Shown: positions 35,911-49,607 of the stretch, piece after piece
Layout of the letters: each line of letters opens with the position of its first letter
Numbering within the stretch: the stretch's first letter is position 1
Assembly: GCA_010093705.1 (NCBI GenBank)
Contig: MU006096.1
Coordinates: forward strand, 1,324,004 to 1,388,003
Source of the DNA: Patellaria atrata CBS 101060
Lineage: Eukaryota
DNA length: 64,000 nt
Reading direction: 5' to 3'
Notes under the pieces: generated by a model
Database searches by the model: none
The model's input: only the letters and a program-made list of their open reading frames with translations
What the model was told of the DNA's origin: nothing
Made by a program: the position numbers and the translations under genes

Positions 35911-36104
35911 GAACGATCTATAAGTGAGGAAACTGCACATGTGGTGGAAATCCTGCAATCTGCTCATTCGCATTCGTGTCGTGATAAAGTATTGTACAGT
36001 GTTTTGACCCTCCACATCTCATCGCCTTCTCATGTCCTAGTCCATTGTATCAAGCTCCTGGACAGAAGGCCCTATCTCCCAAGTCCGTACAACAGTACGG
36101 TGAT

Positions 36105-37714
36105 CTAAAAATCCATCCCAGCATCAGTGGATGCCATATCTACCTCGCTCTCCTGCTCAACCGCCATCTTCACCCCCTCCACGAAAGCCTCAACAGCCTC
36201 CCCACCACCTAGCGGCATACTACCATTCTGTGAGTATCCGCCATTCTTCACCTCGACCCCGACCGCCTTACTGATCGAGGGCAAACCGCCATCCCTCAGA
36301 GCCGCTGTGAAGGTCCCCATGCTCTGGTGCAGCTGGGGGCTGCGCAGCACCTTCTTGACGATCTCCCGCTTCTGCTCGAGACCTAGGGTCGGCAGGATCC
36401 CCTTCACGAGACCACCACCGAGAAACTCCTTTTCGTTCTGGAGGCCGACCTCCACCATGAGGAGGGTTGGGGGGAGGCGGGTGAGGAGCGCGTCAAGGAA
36501 GGTTTCGTCAGCGGACTCGATGACGGGGATGGTGGTCGAGGTGGACAGGAGGTCCGGGAGCGTGGTGAAGGGTCCGGGGACGTTTCGTCCCCAATTGGTT
36601 GAGCTGGAAGTACCTGCCTCCAATGATTTGAGGAAGTTTTGGATTATGGCGTCGGTATCCTCGAGAGCTGAAGTCTCCGTACTGGGCGGACGTTAGTGGT
36701 TGTGTCGCATGGGTGGAACAGAGGAGACCGAACAACAGTAAGCACTTGGGTGAATGTGATAATCGGTTTTAACTTAAGCCAGCTCAGCGTGGCATTTCTT
36801 TGGCCAGCCCAGTATGGCATTAATGGATATCCGTATGAACCTAGAATATGCCCAACGGATCCATGATAGCAATCAGAATACTAATATACAGCCTTGAAGA
36901 CGCCGTAAACACCAAGAAAATGCATATTCTTGAGTTTTGACGTCATGCGGCAGCCCATGTGTCGTGTGATTCTCCAAGACGAGTTGAGGATAGACCTACG
37001 CTCGACCTCCATCTTCGCCACCCCGCCTTTCCTCTTCACCTTCCTCGCGGAAATCGGTACCGGTGCCATCTGCACCAGCTCCTCCGGTTCCGATCCTCGA
37101 CGAATTCTGTTGCTGGGTACCCGGATCTTCCATTGTCTCATCGCCGTCCACACCGGGACGTTGGGTATTTTGGGTACGTATATCGTTAAGTTCATCGCTT
37201 ATCTCAATTTCCTCCCCGTTCAAGAGCATATCAACAACCTGACCGATCCTTAGATCCCTTTGGCTGAACTTGCTTGGATCGCGAGATTGGTTTTGTGACT
37301 GCAACCAGAAAAGGTGACGTTGTGATGACGACGAAAACTTCAGCACAAAAATGCGTCCGTTTGTAGGTGAGCGGAGGTTTGTTTCATCCTCCGGGTTGTA
37401 GTCGATGAGGTAGGGAATAAACGAGGCGTCACCAGGAATCATTACTAGATCAAGATCTGGTTCGCGAATGGATGCTGAGCGTTTACGCCAGGTGAAGTGA
37501 AGAAGATCTATATCTTGTAAGCTTTTTCTTGCGCAGAGAAGGGAGAGGTGCAGTACCATCTTCGTTGTAAAGGCAGACGTAACCGGACTCAGGCAAGCAC
37601 TGCATCTTTGTTTCCTGCAACGATGTTAGCTGAGGTTTTATTGTCGAGTGATGAGCTCACATCAACGTTGCAGCGGCCCGCCTTAAATGTGATCAGAATT
37701 TCAGGTTGCGCCAT
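36105..37714 (-). CDS. RPN13: Proteasome ubiquitin receptor Rpn13/ADRM1. Exons 37714-37661, 37614-37557, 37507-37000, 36681-36105
   Basis: Pru domain LITFKAGRC..LLHFTWRKR..TNGRIFVLKFSSSSQRHLFWLQ; C-terminal VLRSPQLHQSMGTFTAALRDGG..AVEAFVEG. Confidence 0.92.
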
Positions 37715-38018
37715 CGTGAGATCGAATTTTCTGAAGGTGAGGTGGAGAAAAATGTGGAAGTTTGAATCCAATGTTATGAGGTAGTTTAAGGTTGGAGCTC
37801 TGCCTCCGGTTTTAGGTTTCGCCGTTTGCCGCTCTGCACCCACAAGCTCCACGCCCGAAGAATAGCCGCAGTTAGTGTTAGACGATTTCAAGCGAGCCTA
37901 GCTTCCGCACCACATTGAATCGAAAATCATTTGGAGGAGAGACGACGACAACGCATACGAAGGATACCCAGCAACCACAACAACTTCGTTCCCCGATCTC
38001 TCTGAAACACAATTCGAA

Positions 38019-38859
38019 ATGTCGGCGCAAGCAGATAAGCAAGCCGGCACGACGAAGAAGTTCGGAAAGGGCGAGAGGTCTATCCCACACACCTCCGAGA
38101 AAGCCTCGAAATATTATCCTGCTGAGGATGATAGCAAGCCCAAGACGGTACGGTATCCTTTACATCCAGAGTGTTGCGCCTGCTCCTGGGGATTGTTCAT
38201 ATACTTTTCTACGTGTAATCTGCAACTTCTTAGGATCTTGATAGCAGTCACTCATATACATCAAATGTAAACAATGTACTGATCTTCCTCGCCTTAGGTT
38301 CGCAAGAACATCCGACCAGCAAAGCCTCGCTCGTCCCTACAACCCGGTACCATCCTCATCCTTCTTGCTGGCCGTTTCCGCGGCAAGCGTGTTATCCTCC
38401 TCAAGCACTTGCCCCAAGGTGTCCTCCTCGTAACCGGTCCTTTTAAAGTCAATGGCGTACCTCTAAGGAGGGTCAATGCCAGATATGTGATCGCGACCAG
38501 CACCAAGGTCGATCTCTCCGGCATTGACGAGAAGGTCGTGGATAAGGTCGGCAGCGACGACTACTTCACGAGGGAAAAGAGCAGCAAGAAGAAGGGCGAG
38601 GAGGCTTTTTTCAAGCAGGGCGAGAAACCTGAGGTAGGTCGAATTGCGATCAACCCAAGAATTTGGGGGGGTTGGATCAAGTCTATGTTACTGATCAATA
38701 TTGCAGAAGAAACAAGTGGCGGGCGGCCGTGCGGAAGATCAGCGATCAGTAGACAAGGCTCTCTTGGGCAATCTCAAGAAAGAGCCATTCCTCCTTTCTT
38801 ATCTGAGCTCCACCTTCAGTCTGCGTAAGGGCGAGAAGCCCCACGAGATGGTGTTTTAG
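38019..38859 (+). CDS. RPL6: 60S ribosomal protein L6 (eL6). Exons 38019-38147, 38298-38633, 38707-38859
   Basis: [66 protein letters not shown]. Confidence 0.97.
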
Positions 38860-39787
38860 AGGATGGGTAAAACAATGGCGACGGTGGTGAATCTGGAGTG
38901 TGATTAAAGTAGACACGTAGGATGATGACAAGAAATTCACGGCTCGCTGCAGCCATTGCAGTTATTTCAGTCATGGCCTGGACTTTTTCATGGAGGGATC
39001 ATCGGTTCCGCTTTGCAGGTGTTGTATTGAGCAACTAAATTTCAACAAACCTTCCAAGAAACTTCAAAGATGTGGCGACCAGGATCGACGGGATGCCGAA
39101 GCGTCCTAACCCAAATGTCCCAATATGAGCATAATACTTCTATGCTAGTAATCACAATCTCTAGGTCTTATTGTACACGACCCGTATAATTTAACAAAAC
39201 AGTCGAAAGATCAAAGAGTATCGAGTTCTAATTATTGATCTCCTTTCACGTATTAAATGTGCACCGTGTCCGGTCTCATTTCCAAGTGCCATCTATTTGA
39301 GCTTTCGTTCCATCTAAGATTCTCTTCACCTAATAGACTCCTATGCCTTCAAAAAGTAATAGGATTCCTCTAGTTCCTAGCGTACGCGTACGGTCTAGAT
39401 TCCTAAGACCCTAGCGCTTAATCATCGTCCATTATTATATGCTCATTATACGGAAACTCGCATCATCGGTGTGTACAGTCCAGCAGCAGGATTACCCTAT
39501 TCTGTGCGGTGAATTAAAGTCCTGTTAAGCTATTAAAATACAGGGATTTGAGGGTGCTACCCGGTTGTCTTCTGAGCATTTAGTCGGTAAAACCCGAATA
39601 TATCGTATAAATTTTCATATCTGTAGCAGCACAGTAATTCTGTTAACTGCTCTTAATCTTTTATTCGAGATCACATCAGTTATCGTTCCATACAGGACAG
39701 TGAGACCATCAGTCCTGAACTTTCTTGAGCAGCAATTCTTTTGTGGGATCTGGAAAAGACTATTTGAGTAAAGTGATCAGTATGTTT

Positions 39788-41840
39788 TCAAGATCCCGTA
39801 GCGGAGCACGATTGACCAAACTTGAAGGGGAGTCGACATACCTGGCCTCCAAAATAAATACTATCACATCTCCCTTCCTCCCCAATGTTCTTCATATCCC
39901 ACCTCAGCAACATCTTCGCAACAATCATTTTAATCTCGTTCGCCGCAAAGAATCTTCCCGGACATGCATGTCTTCCATACCCGAATGTCATGACATTTTG
40001 CGTCACACTAATGAATTGATTTCTCGCAGTAGCCCCACAGAGGTAGCGGTACGCATCTTATAGAAGCGGAAACCGTCGAAGCGATCGGCGTCCGGGAAGA
40101 CTTCCGGGTCGTGCGCTACGGCGTAAGATGGGACTTCGATGGGGGTCCCGGCGGATATCCGTTACCCGTTACTGAGGGTGAATGGTTTCATAACTTTCCG
40201 CGCAAAGAATCCTCTCGGGAGATAAGCTATGGGTCATGCTAATATATCAGATGGCATAGACGTACCGAGAGAGGCAGGAAACTGTCGAGCACTCTCTTTG
40301 ATGAAGCTATCCAACTTCTTCATATCTTGAATAGCCCGGGTGGTGAAAATTCCGTCATGTTGCGCTAGAACAGTGCGAATTTCATCGCGGACGGGTTCAA
40401 TATATTCAGGCCAAGCCGCGAAAGAGTATAGACTGGAGTTTACCGTTAGCAATCACATAATGTTCTACTTAGCATACTGTCCTCTTCCTATGGTGATATC
40501 TCTCACCTATCGTACGTTCGCTTTCAATGAGTTCCCCGGCTTATTGTACAGAGGACTCGAAACGTACGGAAGACGCACAACGATACGTACGACTTGACCG
40601 TACAGTAGATGAAGCTCGGTTGATACTGTACGATTGAAACTCCGCTAGAAGTTTGTCCTGAAAGTGTAGAGGGGCCGAGGAATGCTGCCCGCAACAAGAG
40701 AGGGCGATAATTTTCACGCATTGGTGGCTGTGAGTGTAGTTGTGTGAATACTAGCGAAACTTATTCCCAACTGTATTCTTGCCATATCCTCATCGGTGTC
40801 AACTTCAAAATCCTTCGCATTACCCATGAGCCACTGGAGCATATCATCCGGCTTCTCATAACCCGGCCCTTTCTCTGCATCTCTCCTTGCCTTAACCACT
40901 GGTTGAGAAAAGCGTAAGCTTCTTCAACCCATCGGTCAAGGCTTTTGATCTCTGCTAACCTCCATGTAGGAAATGAGCGCAAGATTGGCCGCACCTTCTT
41001 GACAGCGTTCGTTGCGACCACTAGCTCAATGGTGTAATTAATCGCAGCATCTATATATGCTTCTGAACGAGAAATTTCAGGCCCTATAAACACACATCCG
41101 GAGACCATAGCTACGATCCGCAACAACTTTTGGTTTACATTGACTTTTGTCCAATCCTTACAAGGCGGGATCTCGCGTGTAATTGCTTCCTCCACTTCTT
41201 GTGAGATACGAGGATTAAGACGGACTAAACCCTATTAGTTTACTGGACTTTAATTCTATTTAGAACGGAATACCGAGTGCCGGTGTGAGGTTTTGCTTGA
41301 CAGTATGTGGAAAAATAGGGTTCTTGAAGATCAGCTTTGTGTATTTTGCTGACAATGACTATCTGTAAGGTTAGACGACTATAGTAAACTTAAGAAATTA
41401 TTCTCAGACTTCTCCAACAGGCTCATCAAAGCTCAAAATATCGTCTGGGAGCTTCTTCAATCATCTAAGAATCGCGGTGGTAATATAAGAAGATTTTCCG
41501 CTATGATTCGAATTAGATGTGTATAGGAAGATCCAGCACTGGTCTTACACTCTGGTGTCGTAATGCGGAAACCATTTTCGAACTAGGAGCAGTCAATCAT
41601 TATTTCGTAGAAACAGACTTCTATGCTCAATATACCTTTCGGTATCTATCAGTATACAGTAGCTATGAAGGCCTGTCGTCTTTTCTCTGTGTTCCCATGT
41701 TCAATGCCAATTATAGGGAGCTGGGATATCGGATCTTGAATGAGTATATGCGGTATGAAGATGAAAGCTGCAATAGTGGATAAGACAATGATGATAACTG
41801 GGAAACGCTCGTATATTGCTACTGATATGTGCGAATGCAT
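39788..41840 (-). pseudogene. Cytochrome P450 pseudogene (secondary-metabolism type, ent-kaurene oxidase-like group)
   Basis: I-helix FASIHTT, KLDSFIKESAR (ExxR), FDGFRF, heme motif FGYGRHACPGRFFA. Frameshifts near 41461, 40905 and 40035; in-frame TAA at 40162-40164. Confidence 0.88.
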
Positions 41841-42329
41841 TATGAAGGACAAAAATAATGCCGAGAATAGAGAATATTAGATATATTCGAAAAGATACAT
41901 TCAAAGGATGTAGAATATCTACGTTATCTTCCTCTTGCCTAAATACCCACCTGAAGGACATGAGGAGGCCCGTCTCAAACCCTCCAAGCGTACCTTTATT
42001 TTCCAGTATTATGAAGGATCTCTTGGATAGGAAGTCGAGCGCCAACAGCTAATGTAGAGGGTGCAACAACTTGATGAATAGTGCATGAAGAACCAAACTT
42101 GCCGGTCGGCACAGCCCTGTTCCAACAAGGTGCTGCAGCTTTGGACGAATCCACTAGCGCATACGTGCAAAGAGAGCTTCGGGCCGGTCGATCTTTTCGG
42201 TAACGGCACGTGAACGGGTAGCTCAGTATTCCAGAAACTAGATCGCTTTTCCCCATGTAATAAATATGATGATAGTTAAACTAATGAGCTAATACAAATG
42301 ATAAACATCGGGGTATCTCTAAGAACGAT

Positions 42330-42960
42330 TTGAATACACTGAAGGATAGTACTCCAGAACAACCATTGAGAAGACCTCCAATTTCCACCCACTGTTGTCA
42401 TCCGTTCTCCTCCGTATATCAATTGATGACCAATCTACCCATTTCAGGCTTTCTGTCTTCGACTTAAATATCAGCATTTTCTCCATACTAATTCGAAACC
42501 ATTCCGTGTTACCCGTCCGTTTCTGATCCAAGATCTCGGTCCCATATCCTCTATGTATCAATTTCCGACCATTCTTTCCGACCTTCTCCACTTCTGACGC
42601 GAATTACAATCCGGTATTCTACATATATCAACTTGTGTCCAATATTCTTTCCTGCGTCTTTCTTTACGACCCCGAATGTTCCCTTCCCTCTTCCATATAT
42701 CAAGGTATACCATTCTTTCTTGTACAAATAATACAAGCTCAACCCAGTTTGTGTTACACTGTGCACACTCGAAGAAGTGTAAAATATGCGGGACCAACGG
42801 ACAGGTCCACTCCTGGAGTCTAACCTCGATTCACCCTCTTCGCCTCCCTCTCACCAATTTCATCATCATCTTGAGAACTTCTTCAGAGGCCTTTGAGGTT
42901 GATACCCATGGATGTTTGTACCGTTATCTTGATCGTGGAGAGGTAAATTCCCTGTCGGAT
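42330..42960 (-). pseudogene. Possible orphan gene relic
   Basis: Fragments such as HILHFFECAQCNTNWVELV..DICRIPDCNS with stops in all frames. Confidence 0.2.
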
Positions 42961-43021
42961 CCTCTACATACCCAAACTGACGTTGTTGCTGTATATTCTG
43001 GTTTGGTCCCTTAGATGCGGT

Positions 43022-45445
43022 CTAGCTGACTGAAGTAGTATAGCTGGTTTGAGAATCTGCAACAGCATCTTGCTGTGTGTTGTTTCCTAGATCAGTAGTA
43101 ATTACTTGAGAAGCATCGTCTGTACCGGACCCTGGTTGCGATTCGTTGAATTCGCTAAAATCATATTGTTGGGTTCCGTCGAAGAGGGTATTATCCATTC
43201 CATCGAGGGTTAGGAGCTCCCCATTCAATTTAAAGCCACTGGCTGAGTTTAGAATCTTAGCCAGATCGAATCCGTCCAATTTACCGAAGTCTGAGGTAAC
43301 CCCTGACTCGGTCAGTATATCAGGCCGTGGAGCCGAATCCCACTTTTCGGGGAACGGTTCAACGATACCATCGATAGGCTGTACTGAATCGATACGAGTA
43401 CTGTCGGGATCTGTAGGCGTGCTTGCTGTAGGTCTAAGGGGTGAGGCGAAGGCGGGGTTTAGACGAGGGTCAATCGTTTCTGGCCATTCCATATGCTCTG
43501 CGGCATCGTTTACAGATTTCTCTACCTCCAGGACATTCTGGCTAGTAGATATTGCTCATTAGCTTTGAGTTTGAGGAGAAGGGTGAGACTGACCAGGCAT
43601 CGGTTGAGAAGAGATGTCAAGACTGGTCGCTGACGGCTCCGGAACCGCGAATTGGACTTAGTATTGTGACGGATGCATAGAAGCGGTCGGAGCAGCGTTT
43701 ATATGATGCAGATGAGGTTGAGTAAGCTCGCTAGGTTGCACGTGGAGCCCTTCGTTCATTTGAAGATTCTCTTGTCACTAACAACTAGTGTGATCTACCC
43801 CTAGGATTCGGGACGTCTCCTGTCCAAGAAGCTGACCCTGAGCAGCGTGCTGTTTTTGCAACGTATCGGAAGGAATCTGTCGCTGTTGGCTGTTCTACAG
43901 GTTGTTCTACGCACTCACTTATCGGAATTTGTGTTCGCTTTGTTGTTGTGGTGTTCGCATCTGTCCCTTTTTCTCTGCTAAGGGTTTGCGGGCTGGGGCA
44001 TTTATTTTCTCATCATGGGTTTGATCAATTGACTTCTAGAGAATAATTAGCACGGGACTTTTCAGACTGTCATTGTTCATTACCTTCTGCCCTTTCCTCT
44101 GGCGTTTTTTTAGGAGACTCCATATCATTCTCTTTTCGAGACGCCCGATGCTTCTTTGATCTACTGGTAGGACTTCCTAAGTTATTCCCAGCTTCACGAT
44201 TGGGTTGAGAGACGTTCGGTTGGGGAGCATTGTGGGTATCTTCCATAACATCAATGGTCACTCGAGCATTTGTCGGGTTAGATTGAGCTTCGACCTGATG
44301 GTGCTTATACTCCTGTATATCTGCATCCTTGTTTTTTGGCCCTTGTATATGATCTGGACCGGGTCTTCGGGAATTATGTTCCGAGTTTGCGTGACGTTGG
44401 TTTCCCTGATCTTCATTGAAGGTTGATCTATCAGTGGGTGGAGTTCCTGTACATACCCCCCTCTTTTTTTTTCTTTTTTTTTTTTTGCTGAATCCGACCG
44501 CAGATGTTTCCTCCATATATATAGTTTCAGTGTATCTATGGGGTTGAGTTCTCACCTCGAGCTTCTATCTTCCTGAAGCGATAAATCAATGGATTTAGGA
44601 CAATGCTCTGTATCCATGCTCCCTCCAACGCGTCATCACATGCGCTTTTCCACGTTGCCAAGAGGTAGCGAATTTTCTGGGATCGTTGCTTGGCAGAAAG
44701 CCTTCGATCCATTGATAATTGCCCAGACGGCTCTGATTTTATTATTCCCCTCATGAATCTTCCTCCACGCTCATGGAGATCAACGACGATATTCACAATA
44801 GCCCATGCAGTGGCCTCGATGTGGAATTGGGAATAAGTCAAGCGACCTATATCGGTAGCTACACTATCATTAGCGTATAACCAGGAAGTCATGCAACGAA
44901 CGATATGTGCCACACAGAAGAGTTTTTGTTCGAGACTTCGAGGAACCGTGGGATCATAGGTACCGTTATTCGGTTTCCAACCATCTTGAAAGAAGTACTT
45001 AAGAGCTTCTTCCGGGGATTGGTAAGCATGCGAATACTCCGTACATATATTGCCTGCTTTTCCCCTTGTGTTCATTGAGCCCCATAGCTCCAAGTATAAT
45101 TGGTGATCGCCTGTCCTTGTCATGTATATATAATTCTTGCGGGTTGAAATTGTCGGGAAGACCGGTGAAAGCAAATAGAGTCGGTCCGTTTCCGTATTCG
45201 TGAGCGTTTTGAGCACAGTTGACTGGCTGTTGTGCCTGAGGTAAGAAACTGCCAGGGTGTCCAGTTCTCTTGTTGTCATCGTTAACGAGGATATGGACGC
45301 TCGTGGATGGTGACTGCGGTCCGATGTGGCTACTAGGATCCTCGAAACCATTAACAAGGGGGTCATGTCCATTGCCAGCATTTGGTGCAGATGATGGGAC
45401 TTGAGGTGGCATGGTCAGTGCTTGAAAGGAGGCGTTGGTAGACAT
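43022..45445 (-). pseudogene. Frameshifted multi-exon hypothetical gene: a helical globular domain plus low-complexity tails
   Basis: Starts MSTNASFQ.., changes frame near 45050 into DPTVPRSLEQK..IEATAWAIVNIVVDLHERG..WKSACDDAL..NPL, with further shifts near 44540 and an A-tract. Introns near 44036-44083 and 43542-43593 have good signals. Confidence 0.6.
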
Positions 45446-47129
45446 AATGATTTGAGTGTCTCTAGCAATTGAAATAATGGAAGTGGGGTTGAGGAGGTGC
45501 AAGTCTTAGAAGATCGAGCTTGAGTTGAGTGTTTCTCAAGGTAATCAAAAATTCTTGGATTTCGAGAATGTAGAGTTGAGAAAATGTAGAATACAAGAAC
45601 TAGAAGTTATAAAAAAAGTTGAAGCTAGTAGAAACTAGCAGGGAAGGTCTTAGTTGTACAGCGTCGCATGTGTGAATATGGATATAGAACGTGGCGGGGC
45701 TCTAGGCTGTGAATCGAGAACCTTGGGTAACATCGTCCAATTACACAGGACCAGGAAGAAATATTGCACGCGATGCGTGAAATGACAGATATGTGTGTAA
45801 ACAACTACATCAGGGCGTGGGAAATCCTCTGACTGTTCGGGCTAATGATTCTACACGACAACCCATGAACCAATGAAAGCACGCAGGAATTTTTCAAAAC
45901 CCTTGACGTCAAAAGATCTTAGTGAATTAAACTGTCGGGGAGACAGATCCATAAGTGCTCATGCATGATAAGTGTATATATGATACTCCTCCTGGGTCGT
46001 CAATGCATAGTATATTCGAAGGGGAAAATAGATACCCATAAAGAAAGCGTCCAAATAGCACCTAGGAGATTTGGTCACTAAGTCTACTCAGTTATGCTTA
46101 TATATTCATTTGGTATTTGCTTAAAGTAAGGAAGTCTTACGAAAGGTAAAACTGTGTTCAAGTAATTGCTTGAGTGGCATACATTGTTTTCTTAGATAAG
46201 AATGTATCAGCGATCGCAATACGACAAACTCATCATCTCTTACTCCGTGGACTTTGCTACCCTTTGGACTCTTTCTCAGAGCAAGTCATTAGCTTTCCAG
46301 CCATTGTGGGATCTCAAACGAAAAACGAAACGAAAATTCATAAGGGCTATTGATCCACCCGGTGGGTTTAAGAAAGAGTATAATAGCCTAGAGTCTAGGT
46401 AAGTAACACTGGAAGAAGTTATAAATCATACTTTCACCAAATGAGGTATTGAGACGATCGAAACAAGCTGACGATAGTTTCTTCGAGGAGCGAAACTGGC
46501 AATCCATGCCGGTTATACGCTAACCAAACACGCGTCGACATACTATGAAGTTCGAGACGTCGTTTAATTGAAGTAGTTTGCATCAAATTGTGGATTTGCA
46601 TAGTTCTTAAATCTTGACCACGGTGGGATTTTATATACGGTTTGATAACTTGAAGTTGGATGTCGTCTTAAGATTCATCAGACCCACCAAGCTTTCCCTG
46701 TTCCTGATTGCCAAGGCCCTAAACCCCAAACTCTTTAGACCCAGCACCCGACTGCCGTCGAAGCTTGGACCACTTGGACCCTCACGCCGCAAACGTCAAA
46801 AGCGCCCGCTGACGGGACTCGACTTTCATTATTCACAATAGTTGACAATGCCCTTCAATAACGTCGAAACCGCGACGACAATAGCAACGGAGCTATTATT
46901 CTCTAGACCTCGAGTGATAGTAGTTTAACGGGTGCCGGGGGAAACTATTTACGAACACAATTCTTTCCTAATCTCCATCTTCATTTTCGTAGCTCCGACC
47001 AGCCACCGCATTTCTCAAGCTTACCCGTCGAGGCTGGTTATTCAGATCATTACTTCTAACTGCACAGCGCATACAACCCGCTTTTTACGAACGCCTTTCA
47101 GTCGATTCCATAACCGTTTTCTCTTCAGA

Positions 47130-48438
47130 ATGGCGTTTCTCAGCAGGCTGAGCGATAACTTCTGGAGTTTCGTCTCTCCGCGCAAGACTAAGCAACAACG
47201 CGACAAACCGTTCAAAGCCGCGACACCAGCCTCTAAGATTTCGAAGAAGCTTCCGACCCCGGTTCCAAACCTCACTTCCCAGATGCGCCGATATCGTAGC
47301 CTAGGCTCTCCTGCAGTCGAGGTTGAGGGGTCTTCTAGCAAGCGGTCCAGGCTATCTACACCAGCGTCTTCGGCACAGTTCGAGAGTAGTGCCACTTCTG
47401 AGAGTGACGACTTTGAGGGCGATACACTTATCGATAGTCCCGATTACAAATCATACGGTTTCGACCAGGAGGAGTACAATGCGAATGACGACACGATTGT
47501 GGTGGACGAGACGCAAATAGATCCGGATGAGCTAACATGGGATCCGGATGAAGAGCGCAGAGCTCGAGAGAAGAAAGCGGACGCTTTATTAGAGCACGGA
47601 TGGAGTGCGGATGCCATCAAAGTGTTCAAGAGAATTCAAAACCGAGGCTTTGAGCCTCTTATGCCCTGGGATTGGGAAAAGGATTTTGAAGCCATTCCTC
47701 TGGCTCTCTTTACGAAAGACTGGAATCGTGCTTATATCAAACCAACATTCGGTACAGAATTCCGAGGTATGCTGACCTTGTCCCTTAGGAAGATAACATT
47801 AGGAGCACACTAACGGATGTATAGCATGTAAAGCGTTGCAAAACCTAGTATATCTAGGTCCCCGTGTGCGTGACACGATCATCAACCATTCATCTACCCG
47901 TCAACCTGAAGATGTTCTCGGGAAAGCAATCGAAGACTATATCAAATGGTCACACGAAGATGCTAAACTGAACGCCAGCAATTGCATTCCACTTCTCTCC
48001 GTAGTCACAGGCAGCAAGGACACGTCCACCAAAGATCTTCAAAATACCTTGATTGATGCCCTCGAAGTTACAGCGGATCGCTACAGGGAAGCTTTTGTAA
48101 TCCATTCCAGTGTCGAGGACGTCAGTACTATTAACGAGATCTCTTCCGAGATCGATGCGCCAGAGTTTACACAACCTATCCCAACCCTGTATGGCGCTAT
48201 CATGACTCATACTATGATGGGTCTGTTGGCATATGATTCTCCAGGTCATGGTGAGGCACCGCAGTTAAGGACAGTTGGGATCTTTGACTGGGGTAAGGAG
48301 GACTACGATTTCTGGAACGCCCTTGCCCTGGCGATTTTCGTGGTTCATTGCCGTGATCGAGCGATTGAGCTCAAAGAGGTCCTTGACAACCTTGAGGGCG
48401 AGCTCGGAAGCGATGATAGCGACGACCCAGACGCATGA
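47130..48438 (+). CDS. Uncharacterised fungal protein. Exons 47130-47766 and 47825-48438
   Basis: Intron GTATGC..CTAAC..TAG joins two ORFs in frame. Globular C-terminal part RGFEPLMPWDWEKDF..LGPRVRD..PTLYG..DFWNALALAI. Confidence 0.85.
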
Positions 48439-48698
48439 TTACCATCTGGATCTGAGTCGCATAAGAGAAGAGATGGATGGACAAAACTTCTGCTACGAAC
48501 TAATGAGGAATGATCTTAGGCGGCGTTCTGGTGGATTTGAGATACCCGAGACTGAGCTCATTTTCATTTGTTCAGATGGTGTAGGCGCAATTTGTCTTTT
48601 ACTTGTGACTGGATCGCAACAAACTTAATCGCAAGCTCTTCGTCTACTTACATACGTAGTGAATGGAATAAGAGGAGCAGTTCCTACTTGTCTCTGAA

Positions 48699-49264
48699 TT
48701 ATGCTTCCAACCACTCCTCAGTCTTCAATACTTTCTCCCACTCCTCTCCCTCCTTCAAGGCGAATGTCTTTCGGTCTGTTACGTCAGACGCTATTAGATC
48801 GCCATATCTATGCCCGTTAGCCAGTTCTTCTTGAAGTTAAGTCAAACTCACATATGCGCAAACACTCCATGGCCCCTCGACGCCTCCCATTTGACCTTAT
48901 TCTCCACCTTCTCAAGCGGAATCTTCAACAGCGTAATCTATACAAATATCAATCCACTGCAGTATTTGGTGTTTGATAGTATGTCTTCATAAGACGACAT
49001 CTCTGAACAGACCTCTTTATGATCTGCGAAAAACCTCCCGCAAGTCGCAGGAACTTGAGAGGATGTGGAGAGATGAATGAAACCGTCAGCCTAGGTCGTG
49101 GAATTAGACTACGTGTGCTCCCTTCATTGAGCGAGCCAGTGTATGGAAGGAGAATGGCTCACGGCATCGAGGGGAGACAGGGGGTATGTCCCGCCGTTTA
49201 GTTCCTCTAGAGATGGGAATGCTGTGCCAATTTTATAAACATGTTTGAGAGATTCTGATGACAT
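48699..49264 (-). CDS. DUF952-family small protein, absent from the ORF track. Exons 49264-49163, 49090-49013, 48937-48852, 48807-48699
   Basis: Spliced product MSSESLKHVYKIGTAFPSLEELNGGTYPLSPLDAADGFIHLSTSSQVPATCGRFFADHKEITLLKIPLEKVENKVKWEASRGHGVFAHIYGDLIASDVTDRKTFALKEGEEWEKVLKTEEWLEA*. YKI / DGFIHLST / KWE / FxHxYG are DUF952 hallmarks, and all three introns keep the frame. Confidence 0.9.
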
Positions 49265-49607
49265 GGTGGAGTTTAGGATTACTCTCAAAGTATTCGGTAT
49301 CGTAACACCTGGACAGTTTATGGGCTTTAGGAGTACGTGGATCTCTATGTTTTGGCGGGGTAAGGATGCTTGTTAAGGTACTGTCTCACAAATTCAATGG
49401 AATAGACGAGCAATTATTGAGTTGTTCGTCGCAGAAGTGCGTAGCTCTATGTTTCGAATATATCAAGTTCCATAGTCCCTCACGATCATGCTAATGCTGT
49501 ACCCATCTGCGCCTTCTAGATCCCATATCTACTTGTCGTCGACAGTACAGGGAAGCTTATGTAACATATCTTTTACCTCTCCAGTTATCCGTAATCATGG
49601 GTAGCCA

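Noticed and set aside
37715..38018. Short divergent promoter RPN13/RPL6 (also RIP1/POA1 and NUP49/FIP1)
   Set aside because: Ordinary for compact fungal genomes; no evidence of a functional link.
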